Assembly (NCBI GenBank): GCA_965205865.1
Contig: CBDBHR010000028.1
Coordinates: 256,001 to 320,000, forward strand
Reading direction: 5' to 3'
From: a bacterium
Lineage (GTDB): Bacteria > SAR324 > NAC60-12
Length of the DNA stretch: 64,000 nt
The notes beneath the pieces were generated by a model, which saw nothing but the letters and a program-made list of their open reading frames with translations, was not told where the DNA came from and made no database searches. Shown here piece after piece: positions 28,637-40,218 of this stretch. Position 1 is the first letter of the stretch; every line of letters begins with the position of its first letter. The translations under genes were made by a program, and so were the position numbers.

Positions 28637-30538
28637 ATGACCTTAAAATTATTTGTAAAATTTCTGGTGGGAAGCCTGTTGCTGCTCACTTTGTCAGGGA
28701 ACTCGACGGCTGAAACGTCGTCGGACAATCTCACAGACACTCGTCTGGCTGACGCACTGGCTCAGTGTGAAATCCAGGCGATTGAAACACCTTCAGAAGA
28801 TCTCGAGTCTGAGAACCTCGAACTGCCGGACAATCTCGAATGGCTGACCAATGACACGACCGCCGTCTTTGCCGATCCCAATGCAAAAAAAGGGGGAACC
28901 TACCGCAGGTTCATGCTGGCTTTTCCCTTGACACTACGTCAGGTGGGACCCGATTCCAACAGCAGTTTTCGTAGTAATCTCGATGGCAACACAATGTCTC
29001 TGATAAATCTGCATCCCAACACGGAGGAACTGCTTCCTGAATTGGCAACGCATTGGGCCTATGGCGAGGACAAGAAAACCATGTACTTCAAACTGGATCC
29101 CAATGCTCGTTGGTCAGACGGGCATCCCGTCACGGCCGATGATTATCTCTTTATCCTCGAATTCATGCGTTCCGAACACATAATCGCCCCTTGGTATAAC
29201 AATTATTTTACCGAGAAAATAGACAAGGTGGTCAAATACGATGATCATACGATTTCTATCTCGGCCAATAAAGTTGATCCCGATTTGTTTCTGATACTCA
29301 ATCTTGCCCCTGTTCCGAAACATTTCTATGAAACACTGACGCCGGACTTCGTGCAAAAATACAATTGGGAGGTCGTTCCCAACGCCGGTCCTTACCAGAT
29401 CGATGATGTCAAGAAAGGGAAAAGCGTGACCTTCAAACGTAAAAAGGACTGGTGGGCCAAGGATTACAAATACTTCAAGGGACGTTTCAACGTCAATAAG
29501 GTCGTGATTTCTGTGATACGGGACTACAACACGGTTTTCGAATATTTCAAGAAACAGCGGCTCGATGATTTTGCTCTCACCTTGCCCACCTACTGGCACG
29601 AGAAGGCCAAAGATATGGACATTTATGACAAGGGATATATCGAAAAGCGCTGGTTCTATACGGACAGTCGTATTTCACCAGGGGGATTCTGGTTGAATGA
29701 GGACAAGGAAATTTTCAAAGATCCCAACGTCCGCCATTCCTTTGCCCATGCCATGAACATGGACAAACTGCTCAATGGTTTGCTGCGAGGAGATTATAGC
29801 CGGCTGCAAAGATTCAATACCGGTTTTGGAGAATATACTAATCTAAGTATCCGAGCCCGTACCTTCGATATCGCAAAGGTCGAGGAGTTGATGACCGCAT
29901 CCGGTTGGCAACGGGGTGAGGACGGGATCTGGACCAAAGGGGAGATGCGCTATTCCGTTAAAGTAACCTATCACTTCGATCCCCATACCCCACGCCTGGT
30001 GCTCTTGAAGGAAGAAGCGAAAAAAGCAGGAATCGAAATGAACCTGCAAAAATTGGATAGTAGCGCTGCCTTCAAATTGATTCTGGAAAAAAAGCATGAA
30101 GTGGCCTGGATGGGTTGGAGCACGCCTTTTCGTCCCCGCTATTGGCAGGGCTTCCATTCCGATAACGCGCATAAAGCGCAAACCAACAACATCACCAACA
30201 CCGATGATACTGAATTGGACGAGTTGATCATGAATTATCGTGACTGCATCGTACCGGATGGGCGCGTCAAACTGGCCCACATCATTCAAGAAAAGATCTA
30301 CCAAATAGGCTCCTTTGTACCCAGTTACAAAGTAGGGTATTTCAGAACGGGTCATTGGCGCTGGTGGCGATTCCCCGAGGTGGTAGCCACCAAGAATTCG
30401 GATGCTTTATTTGAGCCATTTGGAACCGGGTTATTTTGGCTGGATGCCGATGTCAAGGAAGAAACCGAGCAAGCCATGAAGAGTGAAAAGACTTTTGAAC
30501 CCCAAACCCTCATCGATACGACCTTCAAGGTGGATTGA
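28637..30538 (+). CDS. Oligopeptide ABC substrate-binding protein (YejA-like)
   Basis: ADPNAKKGG, ARWSDGHPVTADD, GPY, GRFN; GGAG ribosome-binding site. Confidence 0.88.
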   Translation: MTLKLFVKFLVGSLLLLTLSGNSTAETSSDNLTDTRLADALAQCEIQAIETPSEDLESENLELPDNLEWLTNDTTAVFADPNAKKGGTYRRFMLAFPLTLRQVGPDSNSSFRSNLDGNTMSLINLHPNTEELLPELATHWAYGEDKKTMYFKLDPNARWSDGHPVTADDYLFILEFMRSEHIIAPWYNNYFTEKIDKVVKYDDHTISISANKVDPDLFLILNLAPVPKHFYETLTPDFVQKYNWEVVPNAGPYQIDDVKKGKSVTFKRKKDWWAKDYKYFKGRFNVNKVVISVIRDYNTVFEYFKKQRLDDFALTLPTYWHEKAKDMDIYDKGYIEKRWFYTDSRISPGGFWLNEDKEIFKDPNVRHSFAHAMNMDKLLNGLLRGDYSRLQRFNTGFGEYTNLSIRARTFDIAKVEELMTASGWQRGEDGIWTKGEMRYSVKVTYHFDPHTPRLVLLKEEAKKAGIEMNLQKLDSSAAFKLILEKKHEVAWMGWSTPFRPRYWQGFHSDNAHKAQTNNITNTDDTELDELIMNYRDCIVPDGRVKLAHIIQEKIYQIGSFVPSYKVGYFRTGHWRWWRFPEVVATKNSDALFEPFGTGLFWLDADVKEETEQAMKSEKTFEPQTLIDTTFKVD

Positions 30539-30553
30539 AAACGAGGGACGATT

Positions 30554-31564
30554 TTGAGTAGTGACGTGCTTTTGGAAGTCAAAAACCTGGTGACTGCTTT
30601 TGAAACCGAAGCCGGAGCGATCCATGCAGTGGAAAACGTCAGTTTTCAACTCGAAAGAAGCCAGACCTTGGGGATTGTCGGGGAATCCGGGTGTGGAAAA
30701 AGCGTGACTTCGCTCTCAATAATGCGTTTGCTGCCCAAACCTTTTGGCTACGTGGTTTCCGGCGAGGTTCTTCTGGAGGGACGGGATCTGCTCAAACTCA
30801 CTGCGGAAGAAATGCGTCATGTCCGCGGAAACCGCATTTCGATGATATTTCAAGAACCAATGACGGCGCTCAATCCACTGCATCGCGTTGGCAATCAAAT
30901 TGGCGAAGCATTGAAGCTCCATCAACCCGACATGGAGAAAAAGGATGTATTTTCTGAATCCGTTGAACTTCTGAAGAAAGTCGGAATCCCCGCTCCCGAA
31001 CAACGAATCCGGGAATACCCCCATCAACTTTCCGGAGGCATGCGCCAGCGGGTGATGATTGCCATCGCGCTTGCCTGCAGACCTGATATTCTCATTGCCG
31101 ATGAGCCGACTACCGCTTTGGATGTCACCATTCAAGCACAGATTCTGGAGCTGATGTTGACGTTGCAACAAGAAACGGGAATGGCGATTATCCTCATCAC
31201 TCATGACTTGGGGGTGATTGCAGAGACTTGTGATGAGGTCGTCGTCATGTATGCAGGCAAAGTTGCCGAAAAAGCTTCTGTCTACGATCTCTTCCAGTTT
31301 CCCAAACATCCTTATACTCGAGGTTTGCTGGCTTCCATTCCCAGTTTGTCTTCCGTACCCAAAAAAGAACTGCAGACGATTGAAGGGACGGTTCCCGAAT
31401 TGACCGCATTTCCGGCAGGCTGTCGCTTCCAAAACCGCTGTTTTTACCAAAGAATACGATGTTCAGCGGTTGTTCCCCCTTTAGAGGCGGTCAATGCAAA
31501 ACACTGGGTCAGTTGTTTCCGTTGGCAGGAGGTCGAGAAGGAGATCTCTGCAGATTCTCATTAA
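30554..31564 (+). CDS. Oligopeptide ABC ATPase (OppD/DppD-like)
   Basis: [25 protein letters not shown]-terminal Cys motif. Confidence 0.93.
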   Translation: MSSDVLLEVKNLVTAFETEAGAIHAVENVSFQLERSQTLGIVGESGCGKSVTSLSIMRLLPKPFGYVVSGEVLLEGRDLLKLTAEEMRHVRGNRISMIFQEPMTALNPLHRVGNQIGEALKLHQPDMEKKDVFSESVELLKKVGIPAPEQRIREYPHQLSGGMRQRVMIAIALACRPDILIADEPTTALDVTIQAQILELMLTLQQETGMAIILITHDLGVIAETCDEVVVMYAGKVAEKASVYDLFQFPKHPYTRGLLASIPSLSSVPKKELQTIEGTVPELTAFPAGCRFQNRCFYQRIRCSAVVPPLEAVNAKHWVSCFRWQEVEKEISADSH

Positions 31565-31607
31565 TCCCCCTCACCCTGACCCTCTCCCTCCGGGGGAGAG
31601 GGAACAA
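31564..31607. repeat. REP-like palindrome, copy 2
   Basis: Same as 27513-27556 with one substitution. Confidence 0.8.
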
Positions 31608-31610
31608 CGA

Positions 31611-32609
31611 ATGTGGCGTATGTCGGAGTATTTCCTGGAAGTCAAAAACCTTAAAAAATATTTTCCAATCTACGGTGGCGTTTTTTTTCGTCAGATTGCC
31701 AACGTTTATGCCTTGGACGGAGTGTCTTTTGGTATCAGGCAGGGGGAAACCGTTGGTTTGGTGGGAGAATCCGGATGCGGCAAGACGACACTGGGACGCA
31801 CTGTATTGCGCTTGTATGATCCGACTGAGGGACAAATTTTTTTCAAAGGAACCAACATCACCACCTTTCCTCAAAATGCAATGCGTCGAATCCGTAATAA
31901 GATGCAGATGATTTTTCAGGATCCTTTTGAATCTCTCAATGCCCGTCACACTGTGCAAACCATTTTAGAGGAACCGTTTATAATCCACCATGTTGGCGCG
32001 CGTGAGGAACGAGAGAAGAAAATCGATCAACTGCTGGAGACCGTGGAATTGCCTGCCAGTGCGAAAGATCGATATCCCCATGAATTTTCAGGGGGTCAAC
32101 GTCAACGAATCGGGATCGCCCGCGCGATCGCATTGGACCCTGAATTAATCGTTTGTGATGAACCGGTCTCTGCTCTCGATGTTTCCATCCAGTCACAAAT
32201 CCTCAATCTTTTGATCACCTTGCAAAAAAACCTGGGATTGACCTATCTTTTCATTGCTCACGATTTGTCGGTGGTGAAGCATATCTCGGATCGTATTATC
32301 GTGATGTATTTAGGACAAATCGTGGAGGTGATTGAAGGCCATTCCATAGTCGAGAATCCGCTGCATCCTTACACCCAGGCTTTGGTTTCAGCAATTCCGA
32401 TTGCTGATCCTACTCTGCGTAAAAAGAAAATAATCCTGCAAGGCGATGTCCCCTCTCCAATCCATCCTCCGAAGGGGTGCCGATTTCATACTCGTTGTCC
32501 ACACGTCCGGGATATTTGCAAAACCGAGATACCCGAATTGAAGAATTATGCGGAAAAATCACCCCATTGGGCCGCTTGCCATTTTGCCGGAGAGGTAGGG
32601 AGCATGTGA
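31611..32609 (+). CDS. Oligopeptide ABC ATPase (OppF/DppF-like)
   Basis: GESGCGKT, FSGGQRQR, DEPVSALD, GCRFHTRCP. Confidence 0.93.
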   Translation: MWRMSEYFLEVKNLKKYFPIYGGVFFRQIANVYALDGVSFGIRQGETVGLVGESGCGKTTLGRTVLRLYDPTEGQIFFKGTNITTFPQNAMRRIRNKMQMIFQDPFESLNARHTVQTILEEPFIIHHVGAREEREKKIDQLLETVELPASAKDRYPHEFSGGQRQRIGIARAIALDPELIVCDEPVSALDVSIQSQILNLLITLQKNLGLTYLFIAHDLSVVKHISDRIIVMYLGQIVEVIEGHSIVENPLHPYTQALVSAIPIADPTLRKKKIILQGDVPSPIHPPKGCRFHTRCPHVRDICKTEIPELKNYAEKSPHWAACHFAGEVGSM

Positions 32610-32741
32610 ATGCTTGCATGACGGATGCGTCATTTTTGAATCTCCTGTTCAATCAAAACTCCAAGCATTAAAAAATCGGAAAGCGCGGCCCGGGTTTTGT
32701 GTGTGAGATGCTCACTCTACTTTCAAGATGGTAAGATGCAA

Positions 32742-34400
32742 TCATTCTCGTTGTGGACCGGGCATGGGCCCAGGTTTGTAATGTCGCAATAAATAATGCA
32801 GCGTGTTACCAAGCATTTTACGACTGAACCCGGGGAAAACGAGTTTAGAAACCGATCCCAGCCGTAATGCTTCTTCCGGATTGAGCAGTTCTCTTTCGTA
32901 GCGTCTTGTCAACTCGGCCATAGCCTCGTCCTGCGGGACAGTAGCCTCTGCTTCGTCTTTTCCCTCTGCAAGGGCCTGCTGAAAGCGTTTTTGAATTTCA
33001 CGAATTTCATTTTTGTAAATGAATTGCCTGCCGGCAGGACCCATCACTGCAATACGCGCAGTGGGCAAGGCAAAAACAAAATCCGCGCCGACGTGGTAAC
33101 TGTTCCAGGACACATAGGCACCGCCAAAAGCATTGCGGACGATCAAAGTCAGGCGCGGGACTCTCAAATCCACGATGGCGTCCATCAGTTCCCGACCGGC
33201 CTGAATAATTCCCATCCGCTCTTGCTCGGAACCGGGAGCATAGCCCACTACGTCTTCTAAAAAAATAATGGGGATGTTGTAAATGTTGCAGAACCTTATG
33301 AACCGGGAAGCTTTCTGCGCTGCGTGCGCATCGATATTTCCCGATTGGTAGGCGCTGTTATTGGCTACAATCCCTACCACGTGCCCGCCTATGCGGCCAT
33401 AGGCTGTGATCATTTGCAGGGCCCTTGTAGCTTGGATCTCAAAATAATCGCCATAATCCACCAGTTGCTGTAAAAAAAGGCGCATGTCAAAGGGAGTATT
33501 GAACCCGGTGACAGGGTGCGTGAAATATTTCTCCAGAAGCACGGCTTCTTCTTCAACATAGCCATTCATGGAAGCCGATGAGGATTTATAGGGTGCCAAT
33601 GACTGGTTGTTGTCAGGAAGATAGCTCAGCAAATGCAAAGCCGTTCGTAGGGCATCGACCTCATCTGCCACTCTGAGATCCGCCACCCCGCTTTGCGTAT
33701 GAACACCCGGACCACCCAAATCATCCGGAGTGATCTCTTCCCCCATTGCTTCTTTGACAACGCCCGGGCCGGTCAATCCCATGAAAGTGTCCTCAGGCTG
33801 GATCACATAGGAGCCTTGCCGGGGCAGGTAAGATCCTCCTCCCGCATTGTAACCGAACATCAACATGATAGAAGGGACAATCCCGCTTATTTTTCTGATG
33901 GCGGCAAAGGCTTCTCCATAACCATCCAAACCTCCCACGCCGTCGGGGACAAAAGCGCCTGCAGAGTCGTTTATACCGATCAGAGGAATGCCATGTTCTC
34001 CTGCCATCAATATCTGCCGGGCGAGTTTAGCCCCATTGCTGGCGTTCATCGAGCCGGCCCGCAGAGTAAAGTCATGCCCGTAAACTGCCACGTCCCGACC
34101 CTCGATGTTGAGAATTCCCGTCACAATCGAAGCCCCGTCGAGTTCCCGGCCCCAGTTCTCATAAGTGATGTGGGGGGCTTCCTCTGTCAGCACGCGGATC
34201 CTTTCCCAGACTGTCATCCTGTTTTTTTGATGCTGAGTCCTTACTCGCGCCAGTCCTCCACCCTGACGGGGTTTCTCCCTCAGTTCTTTTCCTCTCTCGA
34301 GCATCTCATGGTAGATTTTGGCACGGGGATTGAAATCACTTGAAGAGGGGAGGTGAGTTTGTAAAGCAAAAGGATTTTTCAGTTGCACTGTTTTTTTCAT
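32742..34400 (-). CDS. Acyl-CoA carboxylase carboxyltransferase (PccB-like)
   Basis: [39 protein letters not shown]. Confidence 0.9.
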   Translation of the reverse strand: MKKTVQLKNPFALQTHLPSSSDFNPRAKIYHEMLERGKELREKPRQGGGLARVRTQHQKNRMTVWERIRVLTEEAPHITYENWGRELDGASIVTGILNIEGRDVAVYGHDFTLRAGSMNASNGAKLARQILMAGEHGIPLIGINDSAGAFVPDGVGGLDGYGEAFAAIRKISGIVPSIMLMFGYNAGGGSYLPRQGSYVIQPEDTFMGLTGPGVVKEAMGEEITPDDLGGPGVHTQSGVADLRVADEVDALRTALHLLSYLPDNNQSLAPYKSSSASMNGYVEEEAVLLEKYFTHPVTGFNTPFDMRLFLQQLVDYGDYFEIQATRALQMITAYGRIGGHVVGIVANNSAYQSGNIDAHAAQKASRFIRFCNIYNIPIIFLEDVVGYAPGSEQERMGIIQAGRELMDAIVDLRVPRLTLIVRNAFGGAYVSWNSYHVGADFVFALPTARIAVMGPAGRQFIYKNEIREIQKRFQQALAEGKDEAEATVPQDEAMAELTRRYERELLNPEEALRLGSVSKLVFPGFSRKMLGNTLHYLLRHYKPGPMPGPQRE

Positions 34401-34683
34401 CAGTGGCTTTCAAGGAATGGCGGTGTTTCCATACGATTGACGAGTTATTGCGGCCTCGGTTCTCATAGATAACATGATTCGAGCAGGCAAGAAAGAGTAT
34501 TGTGAAAGTGCGCATTCTGCTGAATTCGGAGAAAGGGGAAGATGGGTTAAACGAATAAGCAACTTGCGCCCCATGGCAGATTTTGCTAAGTTATTGAAAG
34601 GCTCTACTGGAAATACCAAGAGGGTGAAGTCGAATTGTATTTCACTATTCTTTTTGCGGGAAATCTTTTTGCGGGAATGTTCT

Positions 34684-35967
34684 ATGAGTGAAAAAGCGCG
34701 AATAGAAATAAGAGGTCAAGCGATTGAAGTTCCTTTGATCATTGGCAGTGAAAATGAGGTGGGAATGGACATTAGCAATCTGCGTAAAGCTACGAATGCC
34801 ATTACATTGGACCGGGGATTTGCCAATACGGGATCTTGTGAGAGCGGAATCACATTTCTCGATGGAGAAAACGGCATATTGAGATACCGGGGTTATCCCA
34901 TCGAGCAGCTTGCCGAACGCTCCAGTTTCCTGGAAGTGAGTTATTTGTTGATATACGGTGAGCTCCCCACTTCTGCCCAGTTGATGGAATTTGAAGATTC
35001 AATCACTCACCATACGATGCTGCATGAGGATTTGAAACATATCTACGATGCCTTTCCCCGTGATGCGCATCCAATGGCGGTTCTTTCTTGCATGGTATGC
35101 GCGCTTTCTACTCTTTATCCGGATGTGGGACTCGAAGATCAGGATAAACTCAATTTAGCCTTTGCCCGCTTACTTGGAAAATTGCCGACTATTGCTGCAT
35201 GGGCTTACAAAAAAAGCGTGGGACAACCATTGATTTATCCCGATAATCGATATGAATATTGCGAAAACTTCCTGCATATGATGTTTTCTCTTCCCCCCGC
35301 AGATTCAGACATCCCTGAAGATTATGTGAAGGCGATGAACGTCTTGTTTATACTTCATGCAGACCATGAGCAAAATTGTTCGACTTCCACCGTCCGTCTG
35401 GTGGGCAGCAGTATGGCGAACCTGTTTGCTTCTGTTTCTGCAGGAATTGCGGCCCTGTGGGGACCCTTGCATGGCGGCGCGAATCAAGCTGTTCTGGAAA
35501 TGTTGCAAGCAATCCATGCCGACAAAGGAGGCGTGCGGAATTTCATAGACAAAGCAAAAGACCGCAATTCCGGTTTCCGTTTAATGGGATTCGGCCATCG
35601 AGTTTATAAAAATTTCGACCCTCGCGCCAACATCATCAAAACATATTGCGACCGGATTTTGCAAATAACAGGGAAATCGGATCCGTTATTGGAAATTGCC
35701 AAAGAACTGGAAGAAACGGCGCTCCGTGATGAATTTTTTTTGGCGAGAAAACTATATCCCAACGTGGATTTTTATAGCGGAATTATTTATAAGGCTCTTG
35801 GATTTCCCACGCCCATGTTCACAGCGCTCTTTGCCATCGGACGCTTGCCCGGATGGATTGCCCATTGGGTCGAAATGAATAGCGCCCCTTTGAAAATTGG
35901 AAGACCACGTCAAATTTATAGAGGATCTCCTGAGCGCGCGTTTGTCCCTATCAATCAACGTCGCTGA
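34684..35967 (+). CDS. gltA: Citrate synthase
   Basis: LHADHEQNCST, LWGPLHGGAN, GFGHRVYK, YPNVDFYSG. Confidence 0.97.
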   Translation: MSEKARIEIRGQAIEVPLIIGSENEVGMDISNLRKATNAITLDRGFANTGSCESGITFLDGENGILRYRGYPIEQLAERSSFLEVSYLLIYGELPTSAQLMEFEDSITHHTMLHEDLKHIYDAFPRDAHPMAVLSCMVCALSTLYPDVGLEDQDKLNLAFARLLGKLPTIAAWAYKKSVGQPLIYPDNRYEYCENFLHMMFSLPPADSDIPEDYVKAMNVLFILHADHEQNCSTSTVRLVGSSMANLFASVSAGIAALWGPLHGGANQAVLEMLQAIHADKGGVRNFIDKAKDRNSGFRLMGFGHRVYKNFDPRANIIKTYCDRILQITGKSDPLLEIAKELEETALRDEFFLARKLYPNVDFYSGIIYKALGFPTPMFTALFAIGRLPGWIAHWVEMNSAPLKIGRPRQIYRGSPERAFVPINQRR

Positions 35968-36006
35968 AAGGCTGAGACGATACTGTCCGCACCCCTGAAA
36001 AAGCTT

Positions 36007-37440
36007 ATGGTTCGTTTACGATTCGCCCCTAGTCCCACTGGTAATCTGCATCTCGGAGGATTACGCACCGCCTTGTTCAGTTATTTGTTCGCCAGGCAAA
36101 AAAAAGGAACATTCATCTTTCGTTTGGAAGATACTGACCAACGGCGTTTTGTGGAGGGGGCGGAATCGAACTTGTTGAATATGCTCTCATGGGGAGGACT
36201 TCAAATTGATGAAGGAGGCGAATCAGGAGGGGCATATGGACCTTACCGGCAATCGGAAAGGCTTTCTCTCTATCATCGTCATGGCCAAAAGTTGTTGGAG
36301 TGCGGACATGCATACTATTGTTTCTGCACTCCTGAAACTTTAAAAGCCATCAAAGATGAGCAAAGTGCTGAGGGATTACCGACGCGTTATGACGGTCGTT
36401 GCCGGCATTTGTCGTATCATGTAGTGGAGCGACGCTTAGCGGAAGAAATTCCCCATGTGCTGCGCATGAAAGTTCCGCAAAATGAAACAATCGTAATGCC
36501 GGATCTGGTGCGAGGCACGGTAAGCATTGATAGCAGTCAACTCGACGACCAAGTGCTCATCAAAGCAAATGGCTTTCCAACCTACCACCTTGCCGTTGTG
36601 GTAGATGATCATCTCATGCGGATCAGCCATGTGATACGAGGAGAAGAATGGCTTCCTTCTTTTCCAAAACATCTTTTACTTTTTCGTTATTTCAACTGGA
36701 AGCCTCCTCGATTTGCCCACCTGCCCTTGATATTGAGTCAAGACCGCAGCAAATTGAGCAAACGTCAAGGAGACGTCGCCGTGGAGGATTATCAAAAAAA
36801 AGGATACCTTCCGGAAGCCCTTGTCAATTTCGTTGCCTTATTGGGTTGGAGCAGCGGAGACGATCAGGAATTCTTCACAAAGGAGGAATTGATTGAAAAA
36901 TTCAATTTTGAAGCAATAGGAAAATCAGCTGCCGTTTTTGATCGCGCAAAGCTGGATTGGATGAATCAGCAATATATCAAAAAATTACCTTTGCATGAAT
37001 TGTTTGTCCGTTTGATACCGTATATCCGGGAAACTCCCCATGCGGATCTGGAAGAAGGACAATTGAAGAAAATCTGCGCGATTCTTCAACCCCGACTGGT
37101 GGTTTTGGCTGATATAAAAAAAAGCCTTCCTCTTTTTTTTGAAGAAAAACCAATATTGACGAACACTCATCTGATTGAAGCCTTGCGGAGGGACCAATCC
37201 CGTATTGTGATGTCAGCCTTTCAAAAACAACTTGAAGCAATCGACGAAATTACGGAGGAAGGATTTTCCAAGATGATGAAGATCATACAAAAGACTACGG
37301 GTCTAAAAGGAAAAGATCTTTGGATGCCGATACGGTACGCGATTACATTGGAAGAACAGGGACCCGAACTTCCTGCAGTTGCCGCAATTTTTGGCAAGAA
37401 TAAGTGCCTCGGCATGATTGAACGGGCACTCCATCTCTAG
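36007..37440 (+). CDS. gltX: Glutamate--tRNA ligase
   Basis: RFAPSPTGNLHLG, EDTD, KLSKR. Confidence 0.97.
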   Translation: MVRLRFAPSPTGNLHLGGLRTALFSYLFARQKKGTFIFRLEDTDQRRFVEGAESNLLNMLSWGGLQIDEGGESGGAYGPYRQSERLSLYHRHGQKLLECGHAYYCFCTPETLKAIKDEQSAEGLPTRYDGRCRHLSYHVVERRLAEEIPHVLRMKVPQNETIVMPDLVRGTVSIDSSQLDDQVLIKANGFPTYHLAVVVDDHLMRISHVIRGEEWLPSFPKHLLLFRYFNWKPPRFAHLPLILSQDRSKLSKRQGDVAVEDYQKKGYLPEALVNFVALLGWSSGDDQEFFTKEELIEKFNFEAIGKSAAVFDRAKLDWMNQQYIKKLPLHELFVRLIPYIRETPHADLEEGQLKKICAILQPRLVVLADIKKSLPLFFEEKPILTNTHLIEALRRDQSRIVMSAFQKQLEAIDEITEEGFSKMMKIIQKTTGLKGKDLWMPIRYAITLEEQGPELPAVAAIFGKNKCLGMIERALHL

Positions 37441-37461
37441 AAGAAAAAAGCAAGGTTTTCA

Positions 37462-40218
37462 ATGACTCATAATTGGGCGCCACCAGTCAAACCATTGAAA
37501 TCGAATCTCGCGGCATTTGGTTTTTGTCTCCTCTGCATCGGGTCGATTTCTCTTACTTTCGCTCCTGTTCATGGGCAAAACATGAATGATCTGAAAGAGA
37601 CCGTCAACAAACTTGGAGAGACGATGATTGAAGAATCTCTCACGGAGCAGCGAAGGGAGCCGCTGCTTGTCGTCACGGGAATTGTCAACGAAAGTACCGG
37701 AAAAAGGGATCTTTTGAGTGAATTGGTAGAAATCCTCTTAGTTGAAGTTTTAGCCCGGGGGGAAAATTATCCCGTTGTTGATTATAGTCAAATCCAGTCG
37801 GTACGAGAAGAAGTGTTAGAAGCTTTTCCCGACTCTTCTGCGGAGCAGATCAGTCAGGACTTAGCCGGTCTTCTAGGAGCAGATTGGTCTGTGACAGGAT
37901 CTTATTTGATACATGAGGGTAAAATCGAATTGCAGTTGCAACTCTATGAATCAGAAATCGACCAGTTGATTTGGGAAGGACAAACTGATTCTTTTTTGGA
38001 ATTTGAGGAGGCTGAATCCGGAATCGCGGAAACCACCGTCTCCGAAAGCGAGGAATCGTCTGAATTGATCCCCGAATCCACCCCGCTCGAAACTGCTGTT
38101 GTTGAATCCGGGAGAACTTCTGAATTGATTCTCGAGAATGAGACCATCGAAGCCGAAGCGGGATCGGCCGTAGAGTCGGAACTTGAAGATACAACCATTG
38201 AAACGGCAGCTTCCGAAAGCGAGGAATCGTCTGAATTGATCCCCGAATCCACCCCGCTCGAAACTGCTGTTGTTGAATCCGGGAGAACTTCTGAATTGAT
38301 TCTCGAGAATGAGAGCATCGAAGCCGAAGCGGCATCGGCCGTAGAGTCGGAACTTGAAGATACAACCATTGAAACGGCAGTTTCCGAAAGCGAGGAATCG
38401 TCTGAATTGATCCCCGAAGCCACCCCGCTCGAAACTTCTGTTGTTGAATCCGGGAGAACTTCTGAATTGATTCTCGAGAATGAGACCATCGAAGCCGAAG
38501 CGGGATCGGCCGTAGAGTTGGAACTTGAAGATACAACCATTGAAACGGCAGTTTCCGAAAGCGAGGAATCGTCTGAATTGATCCCCGAAGCCACCCCGCT
38601 CGAAACTGCTGTTGTTGAATCCGGGAGAACTTCTGAATTGATTCTCGAGAAAGAGAGCATCGAAGCCGAAGCGGGATCGGCCGTAGAGTTGGAACTTGAA
38701 GATACAACCATTGAAACGGCAGCTTCCGAAAGCGAGGAATCGTCTGAATTGATCCCCGAAGCCACCCCGCTCGAAACTGCTGTTGTTGAATCCGGGAGAA
38801 CTTCTGAATTGATTCTCGAGAAAGAGAGCATCGAAGCCGAAGCGGCATCGGCCGTAGAGTTGGAACTTGAAGATACAACCATTGAAACGGCAGTTTCCGA
38901 AAGCGAGGAATCGTCTGAATTGATCCCCGAAGCCACCCCGCTCGAAACTGCTGTTGTTGAATCCGGGAGAACTTCTGAATTGATTCTTGAGAAAGAGAGC
39001 ATCGAAGCCGAAGCGGGATCGGCCGTAGAGTTGGAACTTGAAGATACAACCATTGAAACGGCAGTTTCCGAAAGCGAGGAATCGTCTGAATTGATCCCCG
39101 AAGCCACCCCGCTCGAAACTGCTATTGTTGAAACCGAAAAGACTTCCGCCTCTATTCCGGTATACGACATAGGTTCAACTTTAGAATTAGAAGAAGCCGG
39201 GAGTTCGGATCCAACTACGGAATTTTTCGATGCATTCGCATATATTGCTATCGACGCAATGAGGCCTCCCCGTGAAGAGGAAGAGATTATTGATGAAACG
39301 GTTTTGAAGTCGGAATCGGAACAGATCGACATTTCTCAAAAGAAGGACATGGTTTTAGTCTCAGAGGGAAGATTCTCGATGGGCAGTATCAATGGAGAGG
39401 CAAATGAACTGCCAGTGCATTCGGTTTATCTTCATCGTTATCTGATCGACGCGCATGAAGTCACCAATAGCGAATTTGCGCGTTGCGATATTTGTGAGAA
39501 GGGCAGCGGTGGATTTGACACAACGGAGCCCGACCAGCCTGTCGTTTACGTCGATTGGGAAAATGCTGATACTTATTGCCGTTTTGTCGGAAAAAGGCTG
39601 CCTACCGAGGCCGAATGGGAAAACAGCGCCCGGGCGGGAAGTAAAACGGAATATTCATTTGGAAACGTGCGACGACTCGACGCCTATGCATGGTATGAAG
39701 ACAACGCGGAGCAGAAGGGGGAACGGTATGCTCACAAGGTGGCAACAAAACAACCCAATGCCTGGAACATTTATGACATGCACGGCAATGTAATGGAATG
39801 GACCAACGACCTCTTTGTTGAGAATTATTATCAAAAATTAGAGGGCAACAAACCCTGGCATATTTTCGATTACTTCTATAACTCCGAGATCGACCACCCC
39901 TTCAAACCAAATATTTCCTCTGCAGTTGAAACTCCTTTGCGTGTCGTCAGGGGGGGGGCATGGGGAGGATTGTTTGGCACGGGAGACGCTCCCCAGTTGC
40001 GATCTGCAAAGCGTTTTCCGGTCAAGCCTTGGGTACAATCGTTTTTAATTGGATTTCGCTGTGCCGCAGATTGGAATCCACCCATGAATAAAAAGGAAGA
40101 ACGGGAAAATGCAACTACTGAGAATACGACTGAATTCAAGGAATTTGATTCTCGGCAGGAAAGGGTGGGTGCGCAGAATGCTGCCGGGCCGAATAGAAAT
40201 CAAAATCAAAATTTTTGA
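37462..40218 (+). CDS. Exported protein: CsgG/FlgO-like N-domain, acidic tandem repeats, FGE-sulfatase (SUMF1-like) domain
   Basis: Signal peptide; GLLGADWSVTGS; RLPTEAEWE, DMHGNVMEW, RGGAW, GFRCA. Confidence 0.85.
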   Translation: MTHNWAPPVKPLKSNLAAFGFCLLCIGSISLTFAPVHGQNMNDLKETVNKLGETMIEESLTEQRREPLLVVTGIVNESTGKRDLLSELVEILLVEVLARGENYPVVDYSQIQSVREEVLEAFPDSSAEQISQDLAGLLGADWSVTGSYLIHEGKIELQLQLYESEIDQLIWEGQTDSFLEFEEAESGIAETTVSESEESSELIPESTPLETAVVESGRTSELILENETIEAEAGSAVESELEDTTIETAASESEESSELIPESTPLETAVVESGRTSELILENESIEAEAASAVESELEDTTIETAVSESEESSELIPEATPLETSVVESGRTSELILENETIEAEAGSAVELELEDTTIETAVSESEESSELIPEATPLETAVVESGRTSELILEKESIEAEAGSAVELELEDTTIETAASESEESSELIPEATPLETAVVESGRTSELILEKESIEAEAASAVELELEDTTIETAVSESEESSELIPEATPLETAVVESGRTSELILEKESIEAEAGSAVELELEDTTIETAVSESEESSELIPEATPLETAIVETEKTSASIPVYDIGSTLELEEAGSSDPTTEFFDAFAYIAIDAMRPPREEEEIIDETVLKSESEQIDISQKKDMVLVSEGRFSMGSINGEANELPVHSVYLHRYLIDAHEVTNSEFARCDICEKGSGGFDTTEPDQPVVYVDWENADTYCRFVGKRLPTEAEWENSARAGSKTEYSFGNVRRLDAYAWYEDNAEQKGERYAHKVATKQPNAWNIYDMHGNVMEWTNDLFVENYYQKLEGNKPWHIFDYFYNSEIDHPFKPNISSAVETPLRVVRGGAWGGLFGTGDAPQLRSAKRFPVKPWVQSFLIGFRCAADWNPPMNKKEERENATTENTTEFKEFDSRQERVGAQNAAGPNRNQNQNF
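38041..39132 (+). repeat. In-frame 171-bp (57-aa) tandem repeat, six full copies plus a partial seventh
   Basis: Units start at 38041, 38212, 38383, 38554, 38725, 38896 and 39067; nearly identical. Confidence 0.97.

Noticed and set aside
34474-34683. 70-aa N-terminal extension of citrate synthase
   Set aside because: Similarity to citrate synthase begins at the ATG at 34684; the upstream part is a divergent intergenic region.
37850-39332. Long antisense ORFs (399 and 462 aa)
   Set aside because: By-products of the stop-free 171-bp tandem repeat in the sense gene.
39340-40080. FGE/CLec domain as a diversity-generating retroelement target
   Set aside because: No template repeat with adenine-specific differences and no RT in the window.
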